A stretch of DNA of 64,000 bases. Source: an uncultured virus (IMG/VR IMGVR_UViG_3300025018_003789). Lineage: Duplodnaviria > Heunggongvirae > Uroviricota > Caudoviricetes. Within the stretch, counting starts at the first letter, position 1. Each line of letters opens with the position of its first letter. The translations under genes were made by a program, and so were the position numbers. The stretch lies in the IMG/VR virus record IMGVR_UViG_3300025018_003789; one strand, written 5' to 3'. The notes under the pieces were generated by a model, which worked only from the letters and a program-made list of their open reading frames with translations, made no database searches and was not told where the DNA came from. Shown here in pieces: positions 1 through 10,240 of this stretch.

Positions 1-1425
1 ATGATTAACATTTCTTCAATCCGTCTTGGATTCGCAAACAACTCAAGTTCTTCTCATTCCATTCTTCTTCGTTGTAAAGATGACGCTAAAGAGGAGAGTC
101 ATGATTTTGGTTGGCAGCGTTTTCATCTAAAGAGTCCTGAAAATAAGATTAATTATTTGGCGACAATGCTTTCTTATTCGCTCCCTCGTGAAATTTCTTC
201 TGAATACAAAACTTCTATTGTCAAAGAAATATTTGGCATAGGAGATTCAGATTTGGATGGAGAAAGAGAATCCTATATCGACCACGAGTCTGTATTCCCA
301 ATTCCTTATGATTGGGATTTGAAAAACCTTAATATTGAGTTCATTAACGATTTAAAAGAATTCATACTAAGAGAAGACATTTCCATCGGTGGTGGAAACG
401 ATAATAAATATGGCGATGAACAGGCTTGGAATGCAGAAGATCTTATAGAATTTGGAATTGAAAATGACAGTTATCCAGTAAAATTCCTGACTGCAAAGAA
501 GGACGGGGATTGGTGGATTCTTTTCAATCGTAAGACTGGTGCGAAAGTTCGAATGTCTTTTAATTTGGATGCTACTCCATACACTAGAGCATCATCGCCG
601 GAATTGATTGATATAAAAATTACAGACTATTGTCCACATGGATGCCCTTTCTGCTATATGGATTCGACCACGAAGGGTGAACATGCAGATTATGGTTTTA
701 TAAAAAGTATAATTTGGGAACTTGAAAAGCATAAGGTTTTTGAAGTCGCTCTTGGCGGCGGCGAACCAAGTATGCATCCTGAATTTTCAGACATTTTGAA
801 TAGTTTGAAATGGGCTGGAATTGTAGCTAATTTCACAACATTCAATATGGCTTTTACCAAGGATGAAAAACTTAAACATTCAATCATAGAGAACGTTAAG
901 TCTTTCGCCATGTCTTCTCTTCGTGAGAAGGATATTTTGTCTCTCTATGAATGGAATCAGCAATTTCGTGGGAATCAATTTGATGATAAAGGTCCACTCG
1001 GAACTCTTCAGATTCCATTGGGTGGGTATCAGGAATACGAAGTGAAAAATGCCTTGAAACTTGCTTCTTCTTTGAGCATTCCAGTTACTTTCCTTGGTTT
1101 CAAAGACTTTGGAAGAGGTAAGGACTTTAAACCAGAGGATTATCGCTGGCTAATCGATTTTATAAAAAAAGAAGGCGATACTTGGAATCGTTTTGGTGCA
1201 GACACTCTCTTCGTACAACAGTTCAAAAAAGAATTAGACGAACTTGGATGTAACGACAAATTGAGAGTAGGGAACGAAGGTCAATTCTCTTGTTACATTG
1301 ATGCGGTAAACAAAAAAATGGGAGCGTCATCTTACACTGATAAACTCCACAAGATCAAAGTAGATAAAGACGGAAGACTTGTCAGCGAAAAACTGATGGA
1401 AAGGTTCCCTTACGATGTCGAATGA
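1..1425 (+). CDS. Radical SAM protein with N-terminal GFxxNSSSSHS motif
   Basis: CxxxCxxC motif (CPHGCPFC), GGGEP motif. Confidence 0.85.
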   Translation: MINISSIRLGFANNSSSSHSILLRCKDDAKEESHDFGWQRFHLKSPENKINYLATMLSYSLPREISSEYKTSIVKEIFGIGDSDLDGERESYIDHESVFPIPYDWDLKNLNIEFINDLKEFILREDISIGGGNDNKYGDEQAWNAEDLIEFGIENDSYPVKFLTAKKDGDWWILFNRKTGAKVRMSFNLDATPYTRASSPELIDIKITDYCPHGCPFCYMDSTTKGEHADYGFIKSIIWELEKHKVFEVALGGGEPSMHPEFSDILNSLKWAGIVANFTTFNMAFTKDEKLKHSIIENVKSFAMSSLREKDILSLYEWNQQFRGNQFDDKGPLGTLQIPLGGYQEYEVKNALKLASSLSIPVTFLGFKDFGRGKDFKPEDYRWLIDFIKKEGDTWNRFGADTLFVQQFKKELDELGCNDKLRVGNEGQFSCYIDAVNKKMGASSYTDKLHKIKVDKDGRLVSEKLMERFPYDVE

Positions 1426-2047
1426 AATGGCTTTGACGAAAGAAGAAAGAGACGATTTGATTGAGAATCACAAGAATCTCAATCAGATAGTAAAACAGGG
1501 CAAAAAAGATATTGAGGATAAAGAAAAAGAATTAAGCATCCTCAAATCTTTAGTTGATAGAAAATCTGAAATTTACAATCTGTATGATCAAATTAAGATT
1601 GTGAATGGTGTCATTAATTTTATTAGGATTAGTGATGATAGAAAACCCTTAAGAGAATGGGGGATTGGTTCTTGCGATATGCATTATAGATCCCCAGACA
1701 ATAACAAAAGATGCTCAGTAAGGGTTGACTTCTCCAAAAAAAGTCTAAAGAAGTTAAAGTCACAATCAGATAAGGATCGTTATAGTTATGATTCAATCAA
1801 GAAGGAAAGTGATATAAAATCCTTCTATGTTTACGTAACTATAAACGATGATGATCGACCCTATCCTTTAACTCCCAAGGGAGAATATGACTCTATTGTG
1901 ATCCTTACAGAGAAACATGACTATAAAGATTACAAGAAAGTCATGAAGAGAATTGAAGGGGTTGTTTTCGATTGGATGTCCTTTGATCTTGTTCCAAGAG
2001 AAACGGCAGAAACATTCACTCACTTGAATTTAGAGTATAGAGAGTAA
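1415..2047 (+). CDS. Hypothetical protein
   Basis: 210 aa ORF overlapping upstream stop. Confidence 0.6.
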   Translation: MSNEMALTKEERDDLIENHKNLNQIVKQGKKDIEDKEKELSILKSLVDRKSEIYNLYDQIKIVNGVINFIRISDDRKPLREWGIGSCDMHYRSPDNNKRCSVRVDFSKKSLKKLKSQSDKDRYSYDSIKKESDIKSFYVYVTINDDDRPYPLTPKGEYDSIVILTEKHDYKDYKKVMKRIEGVVFDWMSFDLVPRETAETFTHLNLEYRE

Positions 2048-2052
2048 ATATT

Positions 2053-2069
2053 GGCCTAAACCCTTGACA
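2053..2069 (+). promoter_or_regulatory. GGCC-N7-TTGACA promoter (-35 with upstream GGCC)
   Basis: Recurrent motif in intergenic gap upstream of NAD kinase. Confidence 0.7.
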
Positions 2070-2131
2070 AGATCTTTGAATTAATGCAATATAAAATTAA
2101 ATATCACTAAAAGATCAAAACCGAGGTTCAA

Positions 2132-2932
2132 ATGGCAAACATAGAAAACTCAAAAAAACAACATGAACCAATAAAGACTATCTCTTTTGCAGGAGAAAAA
2201 GTACCCTCTTATATAAAGCGTAAAGCAAAAGAGGTGGGTATTGATGTTGTGGAATTGTCCGAAAATCCTCAAGTTATAATCTCTTATGGTGGTGACGGTA
2301 CTTTTTTGGGTTGCTTACGTGATTTTGAGCAACCTATTCTTCCAATGAGAAGAAATGAAGATTACCGTAAATGTCGAATTCATACTCCTTGGAATATCTT
2401 TGAAGATATGAAATCGGGACGTTGTACAATTTATAACTTACCTCAGATTGTTTGCGAAGCAAATGGTATTATGGGAGAATCCTTTGTTAGAGGGTATAAT
2501 GACATTACTCTTCGCCCTGTAGATCCTCGTTCAGCAATTCGATTCAAAGTGAAAATTGGTTCTTCTGACTATGGTTCTGAAATAGTTGGTGACGGGATTG
2601 TTGCGTGTACTCCTTTTGGTTCTTCAGCCTATTTTCGTTCAATTACACGTTCTATTATTCGTGGTGGATGGGGACTTGCTTTCAATAATTCATGTGAACA
2701 GAATGACCATCTTTTTCTTTCTGATCAAATAGTGAAAATAGAAATAACAAGAGGTCCAGCCTGTATCTTTGGTGATAATTCAGAGATTATTAATCTCGAT
2801 GAAGATCAAAAGGAACTCCGATTTTATTTAGACAATGATTTTAACCGTCAATGTTTGAGTTTGGATTCTTTATTCTGTAAAGAGTGCCAAGAGAAAGAGA
2901 CAGGAAGACCAGCAGGATGGAGACATTCTTAA
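2132..2932 (+). CDS. nadK: NAD(+) kinase
   Basis: GGDGT motif, YND, GDGIVACTPFGSSAY motif. Confidence 0.88.
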   Translation: MANIENSKKQHEPIKTISFAGEKVPSYIKRKAKEVGIDVVELSENPQVIISYGGDGTFLGCLRDFEQPILPMRRNEDYRKCRIHTPWNIFEDMKSGRCTIYNLPQIVCEANGIMGESFVRGYNDITLRPVDPRSAIRFKVKIGSSDYGSEIVGDGIVACTPFGSSAYFRSITRSIIRGGWGLAFNNSCEQNDHLFLSDQIVKIEITRGPACIFGDNSEIINLDEDQKELRFYLDNDFNRQCLSLDSLFCKECQEKETGRPAGWRHS

Positions 2933-3520
2933 ATGAAAACGGATTTAGAAAAACCAGTTGCACTTGTAGATCTGGACGGAACTTTGGTTAATTATGATGA
3001 TGGACTTGAAAAAATCGCACGAAAAGAAGGTCTTGTACTTGACGCCCAAAATAGAGAGACATATAGAAATATTCTTTCTAAAATTGGTGGGTTTTGGGAA
3101 AACCTGACTGTCCTTCAAAGAGGTTTTGAAGTTCTTTCCGTCCTTAAATCAATGGACTTTAGAATTGAAATTTGTACAAAAGCCTCAGTAAATAAACCAG
3201 ATTCATGGACGGAAAAAATAAATTGGTGTAACAAGGTATTGAATCCTATTCTTGGAAAGCCTGACCTTGATTATGGAATAACTGTCACTACGAATAAGAG
3301 CCTTGTTTATGGAAGGGTTCTTTTTGATGACTACCCCGACTATTGTGAAGGATGGCTTGAACACAGACCTAGAGGTCTTGTGATACAAGTTTTACATGAT
3401 TACAATAAGGACTACAGAAAAGACGATCCTCGTGTAATTAAATACGATGGAACTAATATCATTGAAGTCACTAAGGCTTTATCTAAAGTGAAAAGACGTG
3501 AAGGAGTTTTTGGAAAATGA
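2933..3520 (+). CDS. 5'(3')-deoxyribonucleotidase, HAD family
   Basis: DLDGTLV N-terminal HAD motif, EKINW, LFDD. Confidence 0.8.
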   Translation: MKTDLEKPVALVDLDGTLVNYDDGLEKIARKEGLVLDAQNRETYRNILSKIGGFWENLTVLQRGFEVLSVLKSMDFRIEICTKASVNKPDSWTEKINWCNKVLNPILGKPDLDYGITVTTNKSLVYGRVLFDDYPDYCEGWLEHRPRGLVIQVLHDYNKDYRKDDPRVIKYDGTNIIEVTKALSKVKRREGVFGK

Positions 3521-3861
3521 ATCCGATTGAAAATGTAGATAAAGAAAAGTTGCCATATTACATTATAGGGGCTGGTTTTTCATCTACGTCACAAACACCC
3601 ATTACTACCAAGATTCTTGAAGATGTAACTAAAGAACTTCAAATCGAAAGAGAAGAAGCTGCTAAAATTCGTGCGAAAGAATTGGTAGGTAAAGATATTG
3701 AACTTAGTCAGAAGCGTGACGCTGCTCGCAAAGCGTTTTCTGCACAGGATAAGAAGTTCGACAAAGAACTTGGTAAACTTATCAATCAAATTGAGTCAAG
3801 CGTCAATGGGCGACAAAATGAATCTGAAGACTCAGAAGATTCAGAATCTTCCGATCAATAG
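3517..3861 (+). CDS. Hypothetical coiled-coil protein
   Basis: ORF with ATGA overlap. Confidence 0.6.
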   Translation: MNPIENVDKEKLPYYIIGAGFSSTSQTPITTKILEDVTKELQIEREEAAKIRAKELVGKDIELSQKRDAARKAFSAQDKKFDKELGKLINQIESSVNGRQNESEDSEDSESSDQ

Positions 3862-3898
3862 GATTATGGACTTTAGTTTTAAGTTATCACTCGTATTA

Positions 3899-3932
3899 AG
3901 TGGAGTCCATTTCGATGGGCTTCATTTGATTT
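3899..3932 (+). terminator. Probable intrinsic terminator (UUCG-capped hairpin)
   Basis: GTGGAGTCCAT-TTCG-ATGGGCTTCAT followed by T-rich tract. Confidence 0.55.
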
Positions 3933-3948
3933 ATTAGAAGGTGTTAAA

Positions 3949-5223
3949 TTGATACAGATATATCAAAAATCTTTTAAGCCCTTTTCTCACAAGGTAAATA
4001 GAAAAAAATATGACGCTTATCAAATAGAAGGTAGTTTTATATTTTCTAATAGTGATGGACAGGGTATTTTTTTGGTCTTTGAAAATGAAGAGTATTGGCC
4101 TTTCTTTTATTTGAAGATAATTCCTTCTAGAGAAGCACATACAGAAAGTCATATATTAAAAATAGGATATCACAGTAAAGAAGAAAACCGTTGGTATGTT
4201 TTGAATAGAACTTTTGATATAGATTCTTCAACCAATAATAATTATAGTATTCTGATTTCCGAAGAGTGTCTTACGATATCTTTGAATGATAAGGATTTGG
4301 GACGTTGTGATTTACAAGGATTTTCTTTTCCTGTTTCGTTTTATATAAAGAATATGCAGGATGAAAACTCAAAAGGGCAAAGAGAGAAATTAAATCTCAA
4401 AAGTAATATAAAAAGCATATTGAATTTAGATTCTCCAATAAAATCTAAACCAAGTTTTCTTGAAACTCCACACATAAGAGCCTCAAAGCCTATTAAAATT
4501 TGTGGTCTAATTTGTTCTAAAAATGGAGAAAAAACCTTATCGCACTGTTTGAAGTGTATAGAAAATCAATTGGATTATTTTGTGTTGTTAAACAACTCTA
4601 GTGATGACAATACAAAAAATATTATGCTTGAATTCAAAAACAAATATCCAAATATTGTGGAAGTTATTGATTTTCATACTGACTACTTTGATGAATCCGC
4701 AATAAGAAATAAAAGTATAGAAGTTGGAAAGAAATTTAACCCAGATTGGTTTATGGTAGTAGATGATGACGAGTTGCTAGAAGAGAACTTTAGAAAGAAA
4801 ATTGAAATTAGATTTCATGATAAAAATATAGACTATATAACTGTCCATATGGATTACTGCTTTGGTCAGACGAAGTATAGCTATGGTAAAACTTTATCAA
4901 AAACAGAAAGGCTATTTAGAAACAGGGCAGATAGGGATCTTTTCTTAAGGTCAAATAGATTGCATGTTTCCGTAGTTCCTCCTTCGATTAGAATTCCGTC
5001 CAGAATGTTTGTATCTGGAATTAGAGCAAAACATCTCACCTTTTCTAATTTTGAAGATTTAAGACAAAAGTATATTAGTTATAGAAAGAATGATATTCTT
5101 AATGAAGGACAGAAGTCTTATCATCATTTTGTAAAGTATATGATAGATTACAAGAAACATGGAATCTCTTGTTTCTTAAAAAAAGAACTTGATTATAAAT
5201 GTGCGTCGGAAATAGTTTTATGA
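3949..5223 (+). CDS. Glycosyltransferase family 2 domain protein (extra N-terminal domain)
   Basis: KNGEKTL...NNSSDDNT...WFMVVDDDE GT-A pattern in C-terminal half. Confidence 0.75.
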   Translation: MIQIYQKSFKPFSHKVNRKKYDAYQIEGSFIFSNSDGQGIFLVFENEEYWPFFYLKIIPSREAHTESHILKIGYHSKEENRWYVLNRTFDIDSSTNNNYSILISEECLTISLNDKDLGRCDLQGFSFPVSFYIKNMQDENSKGQREKLNLKSNIKSILNLDSPIKSKPSFLETPHIRASKPIKICGLICSKNGEKTLSHCLKCIENQLDYFVLLNNSSDDNTKNIMLEFKNKYPNIVEVIDFHTDYFDESAIRNKSIEVGKKFNPDWFMVVDDDELLEENFRKKIEIRFHDKNIDYITVHMDYCFGQTKYSYGKTLSKTERLFRNRADRDLFLRSNRLHVSVVPPSIRIPSRMFVSGIRAKHLTFSNFEDLRQKYISYRKNDILNEGQKSYHHFVKYMIDYKKHGISCFLKKELDYKCASEIVL

Positions 5224-6563
5224 AACTTGAATATGAAAAATACTATGATCCTAATGATTTCTGGATGTTTTATGGCCCAGAGATATTGATGAGTGATCCT
5301 ATCAATATACTGGAGATGGAAAGATGGTCGTTGTCTAAAATTGAAAATTTTCATAATGAACAATTAGAAAAAATGATTTATTATGTGAAAAAACATGTTC
5401 CATTCTATCGTGATATTTTTAATGATTTACCTTTCAGCCAAATGCCATACACTTCAAAACAAGAAATAATGTCTTCTCCCGAGACATATTTATCTAATTA
5501 TGATGAAAAATATGAAGTGATTACAAAAACATCTTCGGGAAGCACTGGAAAGCCCTTTACCTATTCTACTAATTTTTTAGATGCACATACATCAACTCTT
5601 CTTTATTTTTATAATTTCGTTATTAATATTGGAGGGGTTGATCTTTTTAATGGAGAGAGAGTTATTTCATTAAACTATGCATATCCCAATAAAGGACCAT
5701 TAAGAAGCCACATATCTCCCATATACCCTAAAAAAATAAAAACTTATGTCGATGAAAATGAAGCAAATTGGTTTTCGTATTCAGCGATGGCATATTCAAA
5801 TAGAGATGAATTATTTTTAGAGATCCATCAGAAAGCGAAGGATTCGAATATCACAACCTTGATTGGATCGCCTTCCTTAACCTGTATGTATGTTGATTTT
5901 TGCAATTCAAAAGACTTTAAATTACCGAATTTAATATTAACTTATGGCGAGAAGGTACTGCATACGCAGAGAGAGAAATATGCAATTAACAAGATTAAAC
6001 ATTTAGACTTTTTCCATAGTCCAGATGGTTCTTGTATTTTCTATCAATGTGAATATGGAAATTATCATCATGCTACTCTTAAGTCTTTTCCTGAAAATTA
6101 TACTTATAAAGGAAAAGATGTGCTGATATCTACCTCTCTAATCAATACTGTTCAACCCTTTTTGAGATATGCAAACGGAGATTTTTGTAAGATAAATAAG
6201 ACTGAAAATATTCATAAATGTCCTTGTGGAAGGCATGGATATTCAGTAAATAAAATAGATGGCAGATCATTAGACCACCTATTGGTAGGTAAAAAATATA
6301 TTGATCCAAATTCAATTTTTTCAATTTTTTCGGGTGATAGAGAAATTGGGAATTGGACCATTGAACAATATAAGAATAATATCATTTTAGTTTATCTAGA
6401 AAATCAGGATGAAGATTCAAAATTAAGAATAGAATCAAAGTTGAGATTTTTTGGATTTGAAGATGTTATTTTATTCAAAGATATAAGTCTTTCTCAACAG
6501 GATCATATTAGTAAGAAAAGATTCGTAAAAAGAATTGATAGGAATTATGATGAGGTCTCCTGA
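5220..6563 (+). CDS. Phenylacetate-CoA ligase/CapK-like adenylate-forming enzyme
   Basis: TSSGSTGKPF P-loop, PFLRYANGD, CPCGR, DGR motifs. Confidence 0.82.
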   Translation: MKLEYEKYYDPNDFWMFYGPEILMSDPINILEMERWSLSKIENFHNEQLEKMIYYVKKHVPFYRDIFNDLPFSQMPYTSKQEIMSSPETYLSNYDEKYEVITKTSSGSTGKPFTYSTNFLDAHTSTLLYFYNFVINIGGVDLFNGERVISLNYAYPNKGPLRSHISPIYPKKIKTYVDENEANWFSYSAMAYSNRDELFLEIHQKAKDSNITTLIGSPSLTCMYVDFCNSKDFKLPNLILTYGEKVLHTQREKYAINKIKHLDFFHSPDGSCIFYQCEYGNYHHATLKSFPENYTYKGKDVLISTSLINTVQPFLRYANGDFCKINKTENIHKCPCGRHGYSVNKIDGRSLDHLLVGKKYIDPNSIFSIFSGDREIGNWTIEQYKNNIILVYLENQDEDSKLRIESKLRFFGFEDVILFKDISLSQQDHISKKRFVKRIDRNYDEVS

Positions 6564-7521
6564 TATTTTACATTGCAGTTATTATTATGGTGCAAATGGC
6601 TCTATACAAAAAATAATTACCAATCTCTTGCAAAATGTATCAAAGGATATATTTCAAATAATTTATCATGTAGAGTATGGAACTTACGAAGACATTCATT
6701 ACTGTCCAGATTCTCAAATAAATAACTTTATAGATTTCTTAAATCTTTGCAAACCAAAAATAATTCATTTTCATTCAAATAGGGCTTTTTCTAAAGAATT
6801 AGACATAAGAAAAGAGTTGAATTATAGTCCAAACGCAATTTTCCATACTGTTCATGGAGAAGTGAGAAGTTGTTTTGAAAACTTAGATGAAGTGATTTGC
6901 ATCCATAGGGATGTCTATAACTTAAACAAGGATTTGAAATCTTCTATAATTGAGAATACAGTAGATGTTTCTAGTTACAAAAAATACAAATATGACATAG
7001 GACTTAAAAATCCTTGTGGAAGTTTTAGGTTTTCAACTGATAGAATTAGTTTTGAATTATTAGACACCTTTGGGAGTTTGGAAAATGACATTTATCTATA
7101 TGGTAGACCAAGATATAGTACAAAAACTTTATTAGAAATTGAAGAGTATAAAAAGAAATATAAGAATATCATATTTTGTCCTTGGAGTAATTTTCTAGAA
7201 TCGAAACTGACAGACCATAAAATGTTTTTTTGTTTCTATAAGAATAACAAACGAACTTATTGTTATGGACTAAATGTGATGGAAGCAGTCTGTCTAGGAA
7301 TGCCGGTTGTATCTATAGAAAGAGAGCAAAATTATCAAAAATATATTGATAATGGAAAGAATGGAATAATCGTAAAAAACGAAGAAGAATTTATCAATGT
7401 TATGAATAGTCTGACAGAAAAAGATATAGAGGAAATGGCAAAATATTCAGAAGAGCAATGTAAAAAGATCAAGAATACAATGCCTTCGTTATATGAGAAT
7501 CTTTATAGGAAGTATTTATAA
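6547..7521 (+). CDS. Glycosyltransferase family 4 (GT-B)
   Basis: HTVHG and YGLNVMEAVCLGMPVV motif, NGKNGIIV. Confidence 0.75.
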   Translation: MMRSPDILHCSYYYGANGSIQKIITNLLQNVSKDIFQIIYHVEYGTYEDIHYCPDSQINNFIDFLNLCKPKIIHFHSNRAFSKELDIRKELNYSPNAIFHTVHGEVRSCFENLDEVICIHRDVYNLNKDLKSSIIENTVDVSSYKKYKYDIGLKNPCGSFRFSTDRISFELLDTFGSLENDIYLYGRPRYSTKTLLEIEEYKKKYKNIIFCPWSNFLESKLTDHKMFFCFYKNNKRTYCYGLNVMEAVCLGMPVVSIEREQNYQKYIDNGKNGIIVKNEEEFINVMNSLTEKDIEEMAKYSEEQCKKIKNTMPSLYENLYRKYL

Positions 7522-8258
7522 TGGAAAGAATAAAAGGAATGAGTCTGGTTACAATTTGTAAAAATCAACAAAAAGAACTAGATATTTTTATTGATTGGCT
7601 TTTCAAACAAAACGCTATTCCAGAAGAATGGATTTTTGTAGACGATGGATCTGAAGAAGAAATAGTTTTTAAGCGCATAAAGCCAAATGAAATTATATAT
7701 ACAAAAAATAAAACATATAGGATTCCCAAGGTTGTTAGAAGTTTGGGGGTAGTGGCAGCGAATAATGATATTATCTCTTTTTGTTCTGTGGATCAAATCC
7801 CATATAGTAAAAACTTTTTTGAAAAACATTTTGAAATGCATCTTAGGAATAAAAATGCATGGATATGGTCTTCTCTACATGATGTGAATGAAGGGGATAT
7901 TGTTAATGATTTGAAATTAGAGGTCATATTTCCTGACTATAGAACGGTTAGACCAGGCTTTTCAAGCTTTAGAAGATCATCTTATCTTAAAGCAATATCT
8001 AATGATTTATTTCTTGAAATTGATCCTAAGAGTAAGGGGGCGGGAGAAGATACTGTGATTAGAGAAATAATGAGAGAGATTGAAGGAGTTTCTTTTTATA
8101 TACCTAAAGGAATTCAAGCAATACATATTTCTCACAATAAAGAATATAAGCACAAACAAAAAGACATAATTGATTTAATAAGGAAGATAAGGAAGAATCC
8201 TAGTCTTTCAGATGGTGAAATTTATGTCCCTGAAGTAATCGAGTTTTCAGAGCCATGA
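7521..8258 (+). CDS. Glycosyltransferase family 2
   Basis: FVDDGS, GAGED motifs. Confidence 0.72.
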   Translation: MERIKGMSLVTICKNQQKELDIFIDWLFKQNAIPEEWIFVDDGSEEEIVFKRIKPNEIIYTKNKTYRIPKVVRSLGVVAANNDIISFCSVDQIPYSKNFFEKHFEMHLRNKNAWIWSSLHDVNEGDIVNDLKLEVIFPDYRTVRPGFSSFRRSSYLKAISNDLFLEIDPKSKGAGEDTVIREIMREIEGVSFYIPKGIQAIHISHNKEYKHKQKDIIDLIRKIRKNPSLSDGEIYVPEVIEFSEP

Positions 8259-9049
8259 GAATATTGAAAGATCATAATCTAACAAATAGAAATGGTATGC
8301 GTTGTAAATCTACTGCAAAGCAAGCTATTTTTATTGAATCATTAAAAGATTTAGATAAATTGGATGACTTTTTATCTAATGATTATTTAGTATTGGGATC
8401 AGGCTACAATACAATTTTACCTCCTGAGTTAAATCAGGTAGTTATAGTTTCAAAAGAATTCAATCATTTTAGTATGCAAGGAGATTCAATCCTATGTTCT
8501 TCAAATACTATGAATTATAAAATACAAAAAATAGTATCAGAATTATTTATGGTTCCAGGAACAATTGGAGGATCTGTCTTTGGTAATGCAGGAATTTCCA
8601 AAGAAGGAATTTGTAAAAATGTTAAGAAATTAGTCGTTTATGATAATGGAATTAAAGAGATTGGACTTAAAGACTTTAATCCTTCTTATAGAAAGTCTGG
8701 TCTTTCTAAGAGTATAATTCTACTTGTAGAAATTGAGAAGGATAAAGAGTTTGATATAAAAAAGATTCTTGTTTCAAAAAAAAATCAACCTTATGGAAAG
8801 AAATCTTGTGGCTGTATTTTCAAAAATCCCGAAGATAAGAAAGCATGGAAACTGATAAGTGAATCTGGCCTAGTGGGGCTTGAAAAGAATGGCTTTGTAG
8901 TATCTAATAAGCATTGTAATTTTATCATAAATACTATTCAGGGAAACGATTCAAAATATCTTGTTGAAATGATTCATGATATGAAAGAACTGGTTTTAGA
9001 TAGAACGGGATACATCCTTGAAGAAGAGGTAAGGATAATTGAAGGTTAG
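8255..9049 (+). CDS. murB: UDP-N-acetylenolpyruvoylglucosamine reductase
   Basis: LGSGYN, PGTIGGSVFGNAG, SCGCIFKNP, KHCNFIIN, LEEEV motifs. Confidence 0.88.
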   Translation: MRILKDHNLTNRNGMRCKSTAKQAIFIESLKDLDKLDDFLSNDYLVLGSGYNTILPPELNQVVIVSKEFNHFSMQGDSILCSSNTMNYKIQKIVSELFMVPGTIGGSVFGNAGISKEGICKNVKKLVVYDNGIKEIGLKDFNPSYRKSGLSKSIILLVEIEKDKEFDIKKILVSKKNQPYGKKSCGCIFKNPEDKKAWKLISESGLVGLEKNGFVVSNKHCNFIINTIQGNDSKYLVEMIHDMKELVLDRTGYILEEEVRIIEG

Positions 9050-10112
9050 AATAAAATTTAATAAAAAGGTTGGATTTTTTAAAAATAAACATTGCTTAAG
9101 TAAAAATGTATCTTTGGCTTTGATAGGATATGTCAGTGAAGGATATTGCATTCCTGGACTTCCTGATTTGGTTGATATTAAAAATATGATGACTTTAAAG
9201 GGGATTGTGGGATATGATAGAGATAATTCTGGTTTTTTTTATAAAATAAGAAAAGCAAATAGAGAAGACTTTGAAAAATATTCTCACACAACAAGAACAT
9301 CTTATTATCTTCTGCCAGATATTCTACTCGATCATGACGAGTGTAATTTTCCAATATTAGGAGGTTGTAGATTTGAAGGAAGAAAAACAAATTATATAAT
9401 TGACATACTTAATAACTATGGGTTTGAGGTTGATGGTAGAAAGATAAAGAAGGTTTCTAATCCTCCCTTTATGTCTTCTTTCGTCTTTTCTAAATGTTCA
9501 GTTGGATCTTATGTTTTTGCAAAAATTATGCAAAATAGATTTAATAATAATTTAAATATAGAAATGCCAAATGATCTAGAAAAAATGAAACCAGAAATAA
9601 AACAATTTAAAAGTTCAATTGAGTATGCTATTTTAGGTTCTAAATTTTTCGCACCCAACGATTTTATCGTTCCATATAGTTATGATTGCTTATGTAAGGC
9701 ATTAGAAGTCGAAAATGACATATTTGATTTTCAAAGTAAATTGGGAGTAATAGACGATTATTATATGCATACTGATTTAATTCCTATAGATATGGCCAGA
9801 ACAAAAAAAAATAAAACTTATCATGATTATGACTTCTTTCAAAGATGGGAAAACTATGCAGAAGAATATAAAAAGTTGGGGCTTGAAGTGAAGGGTAGTG
9901 AGTGTGGAAAAATAGAATGCTGTCCTTGTTCTCCTCAATCTAATGTAGTTGAAGTGAAGTGTCCTGACTTAAGGTCGGCTTTTGGATGCATAGTTTTAGC
10001 AGCAAAAAATAATATAGAGTTAATTTTAGATGATTTTGAAATTCTTATGAGAGGATATGAAAACATTATAGAAAATATAGAAGAACTTGGAGGAGAAATT
10101 ATTGTTTTTTAA
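9039..10112 (+). CDS. murA: Divergent UDP-N-acetylglucosamine 1-carboxyvinyltransferase (MurA-like)
   Basis: RTSY, GGC loop, PDLR and RGYENI...LGGEI C-terminus; shorter than canonical MurA. Confidence 0.65.
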   Translation: MKVRIKFNKKVGFFKNKHCLSKNVSLALIGYVSEGYCIPGLPDLVDIKNMMTLKGIVGYDRDNSGFFYKIRKANREDFEKYSHTTRTSYYLLPDILLDHDECNFPILGGCRFEGRKTNYIIDILNNYGFEVDGRKIKKVSNPPFMSSFVFSKCSVGSYVFAKIMQNRFNNNLNIEMPNDLEKMKPEIKQFKSSIEYAILGSKFFAPNDFIVPYSYDCLCKALEVENDIFDFQSKLGVIDDYYMHTDLIPIDMARTKKNKTYHDYDFFQRWENYAEEYKKLGLEVKGSECGKIECCPCSPQSNVVEVKCPDLRSAFGCIVLAAKNNIELILDDFEILMRGYENIIENIEELGGEIIVF

Positions 10113-10240
10113 ATTTCTATACATTTCATTAGAAAATCAAAAGATTATAACAGGCTTGTTTTCAGGTAAGATTGAGATAAGTCATTTTATAGGAAAGTTC
10201 AAAAACTCCACTTTTTGTGGGCTGAGGTTTACGAGAATAT

